Shown piece by piece: positions 39,758 through 50,054 of a stretch of DNA of 64,000 bases (its first letter is position 1; every line of letters starts with the position of its first letter). The stretch lies in NCBI GenBank assembly GCA_965261545.1, contig CBDHDF010000002.1, forward strand, positions 1-64,000, written 5' to 3'. The notes under the pieces were generated by a model. That model was not told where the DNA came from. It saw only the letters and a program-made list of their open reading frames with translations, and made no database searches. Source of the stretch: Bdellovibrionales bacterium. Lineage in GTDB: Bacteria > Bdellovibrionota > Bdellovibrionia > Bdellovibrionales > UBA1609. A program made the position numbers and the translations under genes.

Positions 39758-39768
39758 AAAGAATAAAT

Positions 39769-39788
39769 GGGACTGTAAACTATTTTGT
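39769..39788 (+). mobile_element. Solo IS256-type terminal repeat
   Basis: GGGACTGTAAACTATTTTGT matches the ends of the IS256 at 2737-4625. Confidence 0.6.
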
Positions 39789-39847
39789 AATAAAAAATAG
39801 AATTTATTCGTTTATTTAATAAGGCTCCTTTAATAAATCTGATTACG

Positions 39848-40846
39848 ATGAAAATGGAGATGAATATGATTAATGTAGTTGCAGATTATTTATTTAATGG
39901 AGAAGAAATTCCAGCACTTATCTTTATAGTTGCTTGTTTATTTATGTTCGTTGCATTTTTTCTCGGATATTTTTTTAGACAACCGGATCATGCTAGATCA
40001 ACGATTATGACTTTAGGTATATTAGGTACTTTTGGTGGAATTTCCTTTGGACTCATGGGATTTAATTCAGATGATATTGAAGGAAGTATTCCAAGTCTTC
40101 TCAATGGGTTACAAACAGCTTTCTATTCCTCAATATTTGGAATGTTCCTGACTACCTTGATAAATATGATTTCATTTTTCCAAGAAAAATATATATCAAC
40201 TATAGGGGAAGTTTCTGATGAGGCATCTGATGTTATCATAAAGGCTTTGGAGAAAACTATGGAAGATTTTAATAAGAATTTAAAAGAACATTTTGGAGAA
40301 AATTTTAGTAGCCTTAATGATGCATGTTCAAAATTAATTCAATGGCAAGAAAATTATAAAGAACAAATTAAAAATGGCAATGATCAGTTAAATGAAATAT
40401 ATAAGGATTTGGTAAAAATGAGAGAATCATACTCCCTTATAGAAGAAGGAAATAAAAATACAATTGAAGTTCATAAAAAAATTAACAATTTAATTGAAAA
40501 ATATGAAAATACTATCAATGAATTATATCAAGGCTTTGGTGGATTTAATGAAATTGCAGAAAGAGGAGCGAAGATTCTCAATGTGATCAAGAAAGATTCT
40601 GAGGATGTTAAGAAAGAAATTAGTGGATTTAGTAATGAAATTCAGGGTAGTTTGCGTGGTCAGTCTCAAGCCTTAGAGGAGTTGACAAAAAATATTAAAG
40701 ACAACCTACCCGGTTCACTTGATAGCTTGAATCAAGCTTTAACAGATCAAGTAAAGCAATTCATAGCTGCATATAAAGAATATTTAAAGAATATACCTAA
40801 GGATGTCTTTAGAGACGATGAGGTTATAAAAAAGAAATCAGAATGA
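39848..40846 (+). CDS. zorA: ZorA-like MotA/ExbB membrane protein with coiled tail
   Basis: TLGILGTFGGI..GL, LLNGLQTAFYSSIFGM. Confidence 0.8.
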   Translation: MKMEMNMINVVADYLFNGEEIPALIFIVACLFMFVAFFLGYFFRQPDHARSTIMTLGILGTFGGISFGLMGFNSDDIEGSIPSLLNGLQTAFYSSIFGMFLTTLINMISFFQEKYISTIGEVSDEASDVIIKALEKTMEDFNKNLKEHFGENFSSLNDACSKLIQWQENYKEQIKNGNDQLNEIYKDLVKMRESYSLIEEGNKNTIEVHKKINNLIEKYENTINELYQGFGGFNEIAERGAKILNVIKKDSEDVKKEISGFSNEIQGSLRGQSQALEELTKNIKDNLPGSLDSLNQALTDQVKQFIAAYKEYLKNIPKDVFRDDEVIKKKSE

Positions 40847-40939
40847 AATCATATAATATTTTATTTTTACTTTAATAAATGCTAAACTATTTTAATTTAT
40901 TTCTAAATATTCAATGATATTGAATATGGAGTATTATTT

Positions 40940-41611
40940 GTGAAAATTAATAATAGTGAATGGATCAGTATCTCTGACCTTATGTCTGGATTAATGATGA
41001 TCTTTTTATTTGTGGCGATAGCTCTTCTTATACCTGAAAAGAATGAGAATAAGTATATTAAAGAAGCAATAGATAAATCTAAACATGATGTGAATAAACT
41101 AAACAGTGCTTTGGATTCAATCTTCAAAGAAGATTTTAGCAAATGGGGAGCCGTTCGTTTAAGAGATGGAACTGTCAGATTTCAAGAGCCTAAGATCATG
41201 TTTTCTCCAGGAAGTCACACTATATCTTATCGATTTAAGAAAATATTGAATGTTTTTTGTCCTCGCTATGTAAGGTTATTAAAAAATAATTTTAGAGATG
41301 AAATCCATGAAATAAGAGTTGTTGGACATTCATCAAGTGAATGGAAAACAAACAATCTTATGATAAGAAGTCTTAAAAACATTAAACTCTCTTCTGATAG
41401 GTCTTTGGATGTTTACTCTTTTTGCTATAAATCTATGAAGTCAAATCGTAAATGGTTTACAGAGAAGACGATATCAGTTGGTGCAGGATTTGTTCATAGA
41501 ATAAAAAATAATAGAAAAGAAATACGATGGATGTCTAGAAGAGTGGAATTCAGAGTTCAAATGAAGAGCGTTTCAAATTTAGAAGAATTATTGAGAGGAA
41601 AAAATTGGTAA
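40940..41611 (+). CDS. zorB: ZorB-like MotB/OmpA protein
   Basis: WISISDLMSGLMMIFLF, EIRVVGHSSSEW, LSSDRS, SRRVEF. Confidence 0.87.
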   Translation: MKINNSEWISISDLMSGLMMIFLFVAIALLIPEKNENKYIKEAIDKSKHDVNKLNSALDSIFKEDFSKWGAVRLRDGTVRFQEPKIMFSPGSHTISYRFKKILNVFCPRYVRLLKNNFRDEIHEIRVVGHSSSEWKTNNLMIRSLKNIKLSSDRSLDVYSFCYKSMKSNRKWFTEKTISVGAGFVHRIKNNRKEIRWMSRRVEFRVQMKSVSNLEELLRGKNW

Positions 41612-42519
41612 ACTTCACTAAATTTTATGCATTTAAAGAAATAAATAAAGAATTAACATCTATACTTGGTATTAAAAATAAGAAGGATGATTTTGAGATT
41701 TCTGAAATAGAAATAAATGAAGAGAATAAAGGGGACTTTATTTATTCTCCAAATGGAAAATTTATTTATAAAGAAATTCGACCAGGTGTAGTGGCTCGAA
41801 TGATTCTTTATATGTGTGATACGGATATTCAATGGATTAAGAGAAATTGTAAAGAAGATGAGTTTAAGCGCATTCAAAAAATATTTGAGAAACTTAACCA
41901 TGTATCACTTCCGTCTGATGAGTGTGATAATTCTCTTAATAGAGAATATATCTGCGAACATTTGCATAGATACCATTTCACCTATTGTCAAACATTGGAA
42001 AAACTCTTTAATGAGGGATTAAAGCATCGGTACTATGCTTCATGTCGGTGGGATGGAACTTTTTCTTATTCATTTATAGGTAAAAATATTCATTTATATA
42101 AAAATAAAAAACAAATACTATATCCTTGTCAACATTGTTTGAGGAATATAGACTTAGATGTAGATGTTGGAGTTAAATTGTGTAAAGAAATAATAGATCA
42201 AGTACTTAATCATGTCCCCAATAGTCAATTTCAATCAGAACATAGTATTAAATCAGAATTTGAACATATTCCTAATATTTACCCAGAAGATTGGAACGAA
42301 ATATCAAAAAGGTTAAAAGAGCGTAGAAATTATATATGCGAAGAATGCGAAAGAGATTGTTCCAATACAGGAGATGAATTGCATTGCCACCATATTAATA
42401 GACTTAAACATGATAATAGTTCATTCAATTTAAAGGTTCTTTGTAGAGAGTGCCATCAAAAAGAGCATCCTCATATGAGACAGTATACAAAGAATAATTA
42501 CATTGGGGCGAAGAGCTAA
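41605..42519 (+). CDS. HNH endonuclease, ZorE-like effector
   Basis: CEEC...LHCHHIN..KHDN...NLKVLCRECH; follows zorAB. Confidence 0.82.
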   Translation: MVNFTKFYAFKEINKELTSILGIKNKKDDFEISEIEINEENKGDFIYSPNGKFIYKEIRPGVVARMILYMCDTDIQWIKRNCKEDEFKRIQKIFEKLNHVSLPSDECDNSLNREYICEHLHRYHFTYCQTLEKLFNEGLKHRYYASCRWDGTFSYSFIGKNIHLYKNKKQILYPCQHCLRNIDLDVDVGVKLCKEIIDQVLNHVPNSQFQSEHSIKSEFEHIPNIYPEDWNEISKRLKERRNYICEECERDCSNTGDELHCHHINRLKHDNSSFNLKVLCRECHQKEHPHMRQYTKNNYIGAKS

Positions 42520-42896
42520 AATGAATCTAGGAATTGGCCCTGATGATCGGTTGAAAGCTACCATCAGTAGCTTTTCTAGACTCCTCATCGAAAAATCCAG
42601 GTTTTAGGATTCCATCAGTGCCCCAACTTGAGCCTCGGCAGTGCCCCTCCATCAAATTTTACATCCAGTCAGAGTTCACGAATTGTATAACATTGCCCGC
42701 ACTGATTGGCATGACCGATTCTTCTCAGCATAGCGTCATTGATGTTCTGTAAAGACCTCCAATCTTTAGAGTTCAGGGCTGAGGTGACAGATATGACAAA
42801 CACGACACAGGAGGTAAATGGAGTATATATGACACATGGTTGAAATATGAATGGCCCATTGACTCATTATCTTCCCAAAGGAGGTCATTATTTTTC

Positions 42897-43172
42897 ATGA
42901 AAAATAAAAAAAAGATGGGGGACAGCAAAGCCTGCTCTAAGTGCTTCAGAGAGTTGCATTTAGATCAGTTTTATTCTAAAGGAAATCGTATAGATAGCTG
43001 TTGCAAAGCGTGTAAGAAAGCGCAAGTTCGGTCTACATATGTAGCCAGAAAACACCCCATAAATTTAAGAAAACTCCAAGAGTTTGTTACTATGGCCTGT
43101 GAGCTTGAAATGAAAAGGCTCGATCAGATTATAAACCAACTCGATGAAATCATCGAAAGGAGAACAAAATGA
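42897..43172 (+). CDS. Small zinc-finger protein coupled to serine recombinase
   Basis: CSKC...CCKAC; GGAGG upstream; ATGA overlap with recombinase. Confidence 0.6.
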   Translation: MKNKKKMGDSKACSKCFRELHLDQFYSKGNRIDSCCKACKKAQVRSTYVARKHPINLRKLQEFVTMACELEMKRLDQIINQLDEIIERRTK

Positions 43173-44960
43173 CAGCAGCCATTGATTACAATCATTTAAA
43201 AGATTTGCCCGACCATGAGAAGGCCAAAATTGCAGATATTCTTCTCAAAAGTTCAAGGGGGAATTTGGGAGGAAGGCGTCTCTTTCTAGCCAAGCAAAGC
43301 ACTCCTGAAAATGTTTGTGTGGAATTTTGGAGGGTGTCTTCGACCGACCAAAGAGATGGGTTTTCATTAAAAGCCCAAGAAGAGAAGGCCAAGGAGTACA
43401 GTGACCTTAACAGCCTTAAGAGTTCCAAAAATTGGTCGGTGAGTGAGTCTGCCTCCCAGGAGTTTGACCGAAAGAAATTTTTTGAAATGATTGATTATGT
43501 CACTGAAAACGGGATTAAGAATGTTGTCTTTGATAAAGTCGATCGAGCTTGTCGTGGTCTTAGGGCTGCGGTTGTGATTGAGGACCTTATCGAGTCAGGG
43601 GTTTGCTTTCATTTTGTCCGAGATAACCTTGTGGTGAACAAGGAGTCTGCCCCCAGTGAGAAGCTGCGGTTTTATCTCGGAGTTGTCTTGGCTAAGTGGT
43701 ATATTGATAACTTGAAGTCTGAGATCAAGAAAGGTCTTCATGGCCGCCTTGAAAATGGCTACTTCAATGCCAAAGCCCCTGTGGGCTATCGCAATGTTCG
43801 CCCTGAGTTTGGAAAAGCCAACCTTGAAGTACACCCAGAGATCGGCCCTTTTATTGCCGATTGCTTTGAACTCTACAAAACGGGCAATTATTCCAAAAAG
43901 GACTTGGAAAAAATTGGTTTGGAGAGAGGAATCAAGTGGATTGTGAAAAGAAGGGTCTTTGATAAAAACGGAGAAGCCCAGGTGGTGGTTCAAGAAAAGT
44001 TTGTCACCCATAAGGCTTTGGAGAGAGTGTTAAGTAACCCTGTCTATTGCCATTACAGACGAGTTTCCAAGAGTTCCCCAAATTATAAGAACTGTGGAGG
44101 CTCTAATGGTTTTACGGGGTCTAAGAAGGGGCTTACAGGCTCTGAGGGCTCTACAGACTCAAGAGGTAGAGGTTCTAGTGGCTCCAAGAGGAGCTGGAAA
44201 AGTCCTGGTGGCTTGAGTATGTGAAAAATGCCAAGTGGCCAGCTTTGATTAGCTTTGAGACCTTTATGGCTTGCCAGAAGATTCGTGGGATCAGAGCGCA
44301 GTCCACCAAGCTCAATTTGGCCGGCAGAGTCTCCAAGCCCCTCATGCAACTTATGAAGTGCGGGACCTGCGATCATCACATCACGGGGCAGTCTGTTAGC
44401 TGACAATTAAAATGCCCCACCGTCGCCAATGAAAAGTGGCCACTTTTCAGAGGAGGACCTATGGTGATTTTTGGCATTGTCAACCGAGACGCATATAATC
44501 AATTGATATTACTCATAAAAAGGCTCCGAGCTGATAAGAACTCCTTTTGGGTTCTTGTCGACCTGGAAAGGGGCTCCGTGTTGGAGAGTCCTTCCATGAC
44601 AGCCTATTCAGGTTCCATATTTGTCATTTGTAGACTGTTTCTGGATTTCAATGAGGTTAAATATATAGTCAAGAAAAGCCTGTTTAGGCTGTGCCCATTT
44701 TCTAAAGTATTTAAATTCCACAAGATTCCAACATTTGCCTCAATTTTCATGGAATTTCTTTCTGAAGACAGGCTTCCCTTAAAGCCGTCGCCAATTAAAA
44801 TGTCCCACTTTCAATATGGAGGTTGTCGCCAATGAAAAGTGACCAATCTTCAGGGAGTGTTCAAATACTAGACAATGAAGTCTCTTCTTCTGATATAGAT
44901 ACTAAGCTCACAGAGTCCCTCCCTCTTGCAACTCAAAAGGTTAGCAATGAGGAGGATCTT

Positions 44961-46427
44961 ATGATTAGTCAATACACTTTCGGCCGCATTCGTGACCTGA
45001 GTCACAGTGGTAAAAATAAGACAGAAATATCTCGTGAATTAGGGATCAATCGTAAGACGGTGCGCAAGTACTGTGAGTCCAACACCCCACCGAAGTACAA
45101 GGCGAGGTCCAAAAGAACTCGCCCAGATCCCCTTAATGGATATATGGATCGGGTGAAGTACTTTTTGAAGTTGAACCCAAGTAACACCGCCCGTGAAATA
45201 TATGAGCTATTAGTTGAGGAGGGTTATCGTGGGAGTGAGAGAACGGTTCAGAGAAGAGTTTGTGAGATTCTTGGTTCTCGCCCCAAGGAGCGTTTTTTCA
45301 GCCAAAGATATGATCCTGGAGAACAGGCTCAGTTTGATTTTAAGGAGAAGGTTGCTTTACCATTTGCCGATGGTGTTCAGATCGTTCATCTCCATTTTGG
45401 AACATTGCCTTGTAGTGGCACCTGTTGGGTTCGTGCCTACCCCTTTCTTGTCTATGAGTGTTTCATCGATGGGGTGCATGCTTTTTTTGAAAAGATAGGT
45501 GGGATGAGTGCGAACATCCGTATTGATAATTTATCTCCCTGTGTGAAGAAAGTTCTTAAAGGAAATCAGCGAATTTACACCCAATCTTTTGATCGAGCCA
45601 TCCAATACTATGGATTTAAGGTTCTTCCCTGCCGCGCAGGGAAGGGCTCTGACAAGGGAGATGTGGAGCGTGATATTCGAACCTTCAGTTCTCGGATAAA
45701 AAATATTGTTAGAAACAAAGGAATTGTTTTTAAAGACTGGGATCATTTGAATCAGTTTTTAGAGTCTTATATGGATCAGCATCAGAGTGACTCCACCAAA
45801 TCTCGCTTTGAGGAGGAGGCCAAAGTTCTTAAGCCTTTGCCTCCACGAGATGAAGATATTCTCTGTAAGGTGAATATTTGTCAAAGTAATGGTTATGGGA
45901 CTTTGAGAATAGGTAAAACCACATATTCCATACCTGATGAGGTGATCCAAGCTCCCTGTAAAACCGTACAGGGTCCCTATCATGTCACGATCTATCGTGC
46001 AGGAGGGAAGCAAGAAATTGTCGCTCGCCATCAAAGAAAACCTGATGGGGAGCATAGTCTTCTTCTTGAACATATCCTTCCTTCTTTAGTTCGTAAGCCG
46101 CAAGCCATGGTAAGATGGGCTCACCGATCCATTCTTTTTCCAACAAATGTGTTTGAAAATTTTTATCAATACCTCAAGCAACAAGATTCAAGCCGTGCCG
46201 AGCATGAATATTTAAGAGTTATCAACTTGATTCAGCATGTGAGTTGGCAGGACTTATCTACAGCCATGGAGCTTCAATTAGAAAGTCGTGAGATTTTCGA
46301 CTTTAAATCCATAAAAGATTTGCTCTTAGGCAATCCCACCAAAATTAATTTGAATGACCAACAAAAACCACTTCAACCTAGATTGTCTCAATATGACAGT
46401 CTTGTTCCAAACATAGGAGGTTCTTAA
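44961..46427 (+). CDS. istA: IS21 transposase IstA
   Basis: GAGGAGG RBS; EISRELGINRKTVRKY, PGEQAQFDF, IDNL, KGDVER. Confidence 0.93.
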   Translation: MISQYTFGRIRDLSHSGKNKTEISRELGINRKTVRKYCESNTPPKYKARSKRTRPDPLNGYMDRVKYFLKLNPSNTAREIYELLVEEGYRGSERTVQRRVCEILGSRPKERFFSQRYDPGEQAQFDFKEKVALPFADGVQIVHLHFGTLPCSGTCWVRAYPFLVYECFIDGVHAFFEKIGGMSANIRIDNLSPCVKKVLKGNQRIYTQSFDRAIQYYGFKVLPCRAGKGSDKGDVERDIRTFSSRIKNIVRNKGIVFKDWDHLNQFLESYMDQHQSDSTKSRFEEEAKVLKPLPPRDEDILCKVNICQSNGYGTLRIGKTTYSIPDEVIQAPCKTVQGPYHVTIYRAGGKQEIVARHQRKPDGEHSLLLEHILPSLVRKPQAMVRWAHRSILFPTNVFENFYQYLKQQDSSRAEHEYLRVINLIQHVSWQDLSTAMELQLESREIFDFKSIKDLLLGNPTKINLNDQQKPLQPRLSQYDSLVPNIGGS

Positions 46428-47209
46428 TGAATCACGAAGAACTTATAGGTTCTCTTAAAAAACTCCGACTTCCAGCGATGGCGGATGAATATGTTGCAAC
46501 GGCTAGAGTTGCCGAAAAAACAAAAAAGACGTATGAACAGTATTTAGGTATACTCGTTCAAAATGAGCTTGCTGACAAGCATTCCCAGAGAGTGAAAAGA
46601 TTGCTTAAGGGGGCCAAGCTTCCTCAACTTAAATCACTCCAAACTTATAACTTCCAGAAAAGAACGGGAGTGACAGCTCAGCAAATTAATTGGATGGCAG
46701 AGGGAGAGTGGGTCAGAAAAGCCTGTAATGTTGTGTTTTACGGAAGCTTTGGAATGGGGAAAAGTCATTTGGCCATGTCCCTAGTTCGTTCACTCTGTGA
46801 ACAAGGCTATCGATGTTTATGGGTCACCACTCATGAACTTATTGAAACAATGCGTGAAAGCAAGAAAGAACTCTCATTGAATGCTCTTTTTAAGAAATTA
46901 GACCGTTTTGATCTTATTGCTTGTGATGAACTTGGCTATACAGCTTCCTGCACAGAGGGGGCAGATCTTTTCTTTCAATTCATATCTCAGCGATATGAAA
47001 GGAAAAGTCTCATGATCACTACAAACTTAACTTACTCTGAATGGGATAAGGTGTTTCTTAACCCTATTACCACCGCTGCTGCTGTTGATCGAATTATTCA
47101 CAACTGTGAAACCCTCAACATTGAAGGAAAAGAAAGTTGGAGAACCGAATCCGCAAAAGCCAAGTCTAAACAGAGCAAAGAGGAAAGTTCAACCAAAGAA
47201 GTTCATTAG
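46427..47209 (+). CDS. istB: IS21 helper ATPase IstB
   Basis: GSFGMGKSHL, DELGY, RYERKS..ITTN, DRIIH. Confidence 0.95.
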   Translation: MNHEELIGSLKKLRLPAMADEYVATARVAEKTKKTYEQYLGILVQNELADKHSQRVKRLLKGAKLPQLKSLQTYNFQKRTGVTAQQINWMAEGEWVRKACNVVFYGSFGMGKSHLAMSLVRSLCEQGYRCLWVTTHELIETMRESKKELSLNALFKKLDRFDLIACDELGYTASCTEGADLFFQFISQRYERKSLMITTNLTYSEWDKVFLNPITTAAAVDRIIHNCETLNIEGKESWRTESAKAKSKQSKEESSTKEVH

Positions 47210-47261
47210 AGATCCCCACTTTTGGGGAAGGAACCCGCCAGTTATCCACAAAATTTATCCA

Positions 47262-47908
47262 ATCGAGTAGACAGTGGGAACTTCCCCCACTGCCCCTCAC
47301 AGACACGTACGTGACAGTCTCCCGTCATACGGCTCCTCTAATATTTGCGAGGTTCCACTATTGTAAACCATTTAAATGGACCACAGAGTGTCCGACTGGT
47401 TAGTGTTTCCTCACATATTAGGAGACCCCTTCGCTCCAGCTCCGTTACAGAACCTTCTTCACTACTACGAGTCTCTCTGCCCCTATCTGGTGTCATCGGT
47501 ATTTGCCCTTCGGTTTCCACCTTATAGCCGTTCCCTTAACATCCACCAGTAGGTTCCCCAGTTCCAACACGACGCCAAGTCTGTGCTCATGCCACCTTTA
47601 CGCCGGCTGCCACTCGGCCAGTAATCAGGTACCTTCCGAGTTTATCCCAAGGTACTACCGGGACCTTGGTTTTGACAGCAACTAACGCATTTTCGGCGCC
47701 TCATCGATGGTTCGCTTTCGCTCATCTTCACAGACTACACATGACCAGTTATTCTGGCCTTTTCCCTAACGCTCACCACCCAGGTCTTGCCCCCTGCGCA
47801 GCTTAGGGTTGTTTGTTCCCAATTCCTGTAAATCGAGAACGGTGGACCTACCACCATCATCATGTCAGCTTTCTATAGTCGTTACCTCCTATATTGTGCT
47901 GGGCACAC
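47262..47908 (-). ncRNA. ORF-less group II intron (IIB-like), 647 nt
   Basis: 5' GUGUGCCC; DV GAGCCGUAUGACGGGAGACUGUCACGUAC; DVI ending CUACUCGAU; closed short DIV; EBS1/EBS2 pair with the flanking exon. Confidence 0.9.
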
Positions 47909-48919
47909 CAGCAGCACTGCGTTGCTAGACATCGGGGTCACAGCCGCAGTGTCGCCATGGATAAATTTATGGATAACTGGCTTTTACCGTACTATTTGCT
48001 CGTCACTCTCGCGGAGCTTTAGACATTAGCTGCGCCAAGGAATCCTGAAAAATACTCCATTTACCTCTGCCATAGGGCTGAAGGATGCATTTGGGGTCAT
48101 GCCAAAAGTGGTGGGCAGAAAATCATTCCTCAGAATCTTGTGGCATAGTCCGAGTTAAATGATGAGCAAAATAAAGACACTTGACTAAACTCTGAACGAA
48201 GAATAACTAAATCAGTACATCATCAACTGGCCGTTTTTCATTGGCGACGGCTTCTAAAAATGGCCAATTTTAATTGGCGCCTAACACAGTCTAAGAAAAA
48301 AGCATCAGGCAAGATTTATACCTATTATCATTGTGCCAATAAGAGGTGTGAGCAAAATGGTGTGTACACGGAGCAAAGAAGACTCATTGCGCAGTTCTCG
48401 GCGGCCTTTGAGCCCTTTCAGCGTTTTACTCCAAAGGCTACGGCTGCCTTTATAAAAATGGTGCAAGGTCGTATCAGCCAACTGAGTGGGCACTCCACAG
48501 AAAAGGTCAACCAACTTCGAGAAAAGAAAACCCAGCTTCAAGATCGTATGGCACAGATTCATGATCTTTATGAAAAGGGCTTATTGAGCCACGAGGAAGC
48601 CTTGGAGTTTCAGGCCATAAAAGAACGGGAGCTTGAAAAAATTGGAAAAGATATAATGCTTCACGGTATTTCTGTAACGCAAGGTGGAGAAAGGAGTTGG
48701 GGAGGCGTATCAGAAGTTCAAGGGGATTGGCGGATTGCGTTAGATCTCATAGAACTTTTGAAAACATCTCATGATTTCATGCAGTTAGATGGCTTTGAGG
48801 GCCAAAAAGCACGGATCTATAGATCCATGCTCTCGAACCCGACTTTAAAAGATGGAACTATTGAATATCGCTATGCAAAATGGTTTGCGGACCTCCTGTT
48901 ATTGACAGGGGGTCGCAAC

Positions 48920-49277
48920 TGGTGGAGGTGGTGGGAATTGAACCCACGTCCATAAGTCTTTCACATTAAGGCAAAGCTACATGCTTAGTCTATGTTTTAT
49001 AGGTGACTTATAGACCTCCACAGACAAAGTGCTATAAGTCCCTCCTCCAGATGATTTAAGTCGCAACTCCTGGAGAAACCAAATTTGCGACCGAGGTAGT
49101 TTGAGTGACATCTCTCCATACCCACTACCTTAGTGCGAAGAGATGTAGCTGAACCGATTAGGCAGCTAGTGCATAGTTGCTATTATCAACTATAGTTTTA
49201 CCCGTTTTGAAGAGGACCTCGGGTGCCTCTGCATGCTCCTTAAGCTTCAATACCCATGTCGAATCCGTGTCACCCCC
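48920..49277 (-). ncRNA. ssrA: tmRNA
   Basis: GGGGGUG/CACCUCC-ACCA acceptor stem with G3.U70, GGAUUCGAC, T arm, tag frame DNSNYALAA* at 49187-49158. Confidence 0.97.
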
Positions 49278-49476
49278 ATAAAACAAGCCCATCGAGGATT
49301 ATTCGGGTCTTGAGGGTTCATCGCAATACTGTGAAGAAATATCTTCTACACTTTTTTCCAACCAAGCCCGGATGGGTTGGCACACCTTAGAGTCTTTAAA
49401 AAACCTGAAGGGGTAAACATTCACAAAAGTTGAAGTTGGGGTTACCCCCTCCGTAACTGGCTCGGACTTACACCAA

Positions 49477-49674
49477 CTAAAAAGACTCTGTTCTGCTCCC
49501 ATTCTTCTCTTCCGAGTCACTAAGCAAAGCATCTGTGAACTTAGTGGTTGGAGTTAAGCCACGAAGGATTTGCTTTGTGGCTGCCTCTTGGAAGAATTGA
49601 AAAACTTCTATAGCAGAAAAGCACATAAAAACCCAAAATAAAGTGCCTACAATTAAATCAGTTAATGCTTTCAT
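49477..49674 (-). CDS. Small single-TM membrane peptide, paralogue of 589-792
   Basis: Near-identical first 54 aa; GGAGG RBS. Confidence 0.75.
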   Translation of the reverse strand: MKALTDLIVGTLFWVFMCFSAIEVFQFFQEAATKQILRGLTPTTKFTDALLSDSEEKNGSRTESF

Positions 49675-50054
49675 AATAATACCTCCATTTATGGCTTAAG
49701 TTGAATCCTCACTCTCTGGCCCATCGGGGCTGGTAAGGGTGTTCATTTTATTTTCTCAAGTCCCAATCCTAGATGCTCAGTAAGCCCGCAGGGCAGGCAA
49801 TCACCAAATTTGATTATTGTCAGCTAACAGCACAGCACCTAACATCTCTAACAAATGACCTAGACATGGACCAAACCTTCTTTTGAAGCTCCTCAATTAT
49901 GGCCCGGCGCAGACCCCGATGGGCAGAAGGGCCATAAAAGTGGAGTAAGAAAAGAAACAACGCAAAGCGCAAAAACTTATCTTGCCTGACAAGTCCAACT
50001 TCTTCCGTTGCCCCAGCCCCGGGGGGCCAGTTCATGGAAAATTCCAAAAATTTA

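Larger units (their letters stand above)
44394..48286 (+). mobile_element. IS21-family element carrying a group II intron
   Basis: TGT...ACA ends with multiple GCCAAT(T/G)AAAA repeats; 5-bp TSD CAGTC at 44389-44393 and 48287-48291. Confidence 0.93.
43169..48955 (+). pseudogene. Large serine recombinase, frameshifted (about 44090-44190) and split by IS21
   Basis: RVSSTDQ, DKVDRACR, APVGY, LSNPVYC; zinc ribbon CGTC..ITGQS|KKKASGKIYTYYHC rejoined across the TSD. Confidence 0.9.

Noticed and set aside
42520..42840. Possible integrase remnant (LRRIGH) and GACA repeats
   Set aside because: Multiple stops and too little signal to support a call
44461..44960. ORF 44461-44835 and the extended IstA N-terminus
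   Set aside because: Lie in IS end repeats with no recognisable motifs; IstA has a clear RBS before 44961
47262..47908. Retron, DGR or autonomous retroelement
   Set aside because: No reverse transcriptase ORF anywhere in the window; ORFs listed here are shadows of intron RNA
48260..48291. Independent gene start MANFNWRLT
   Set aside because: These codons are the IS21 right end; the rest is the split recombinase
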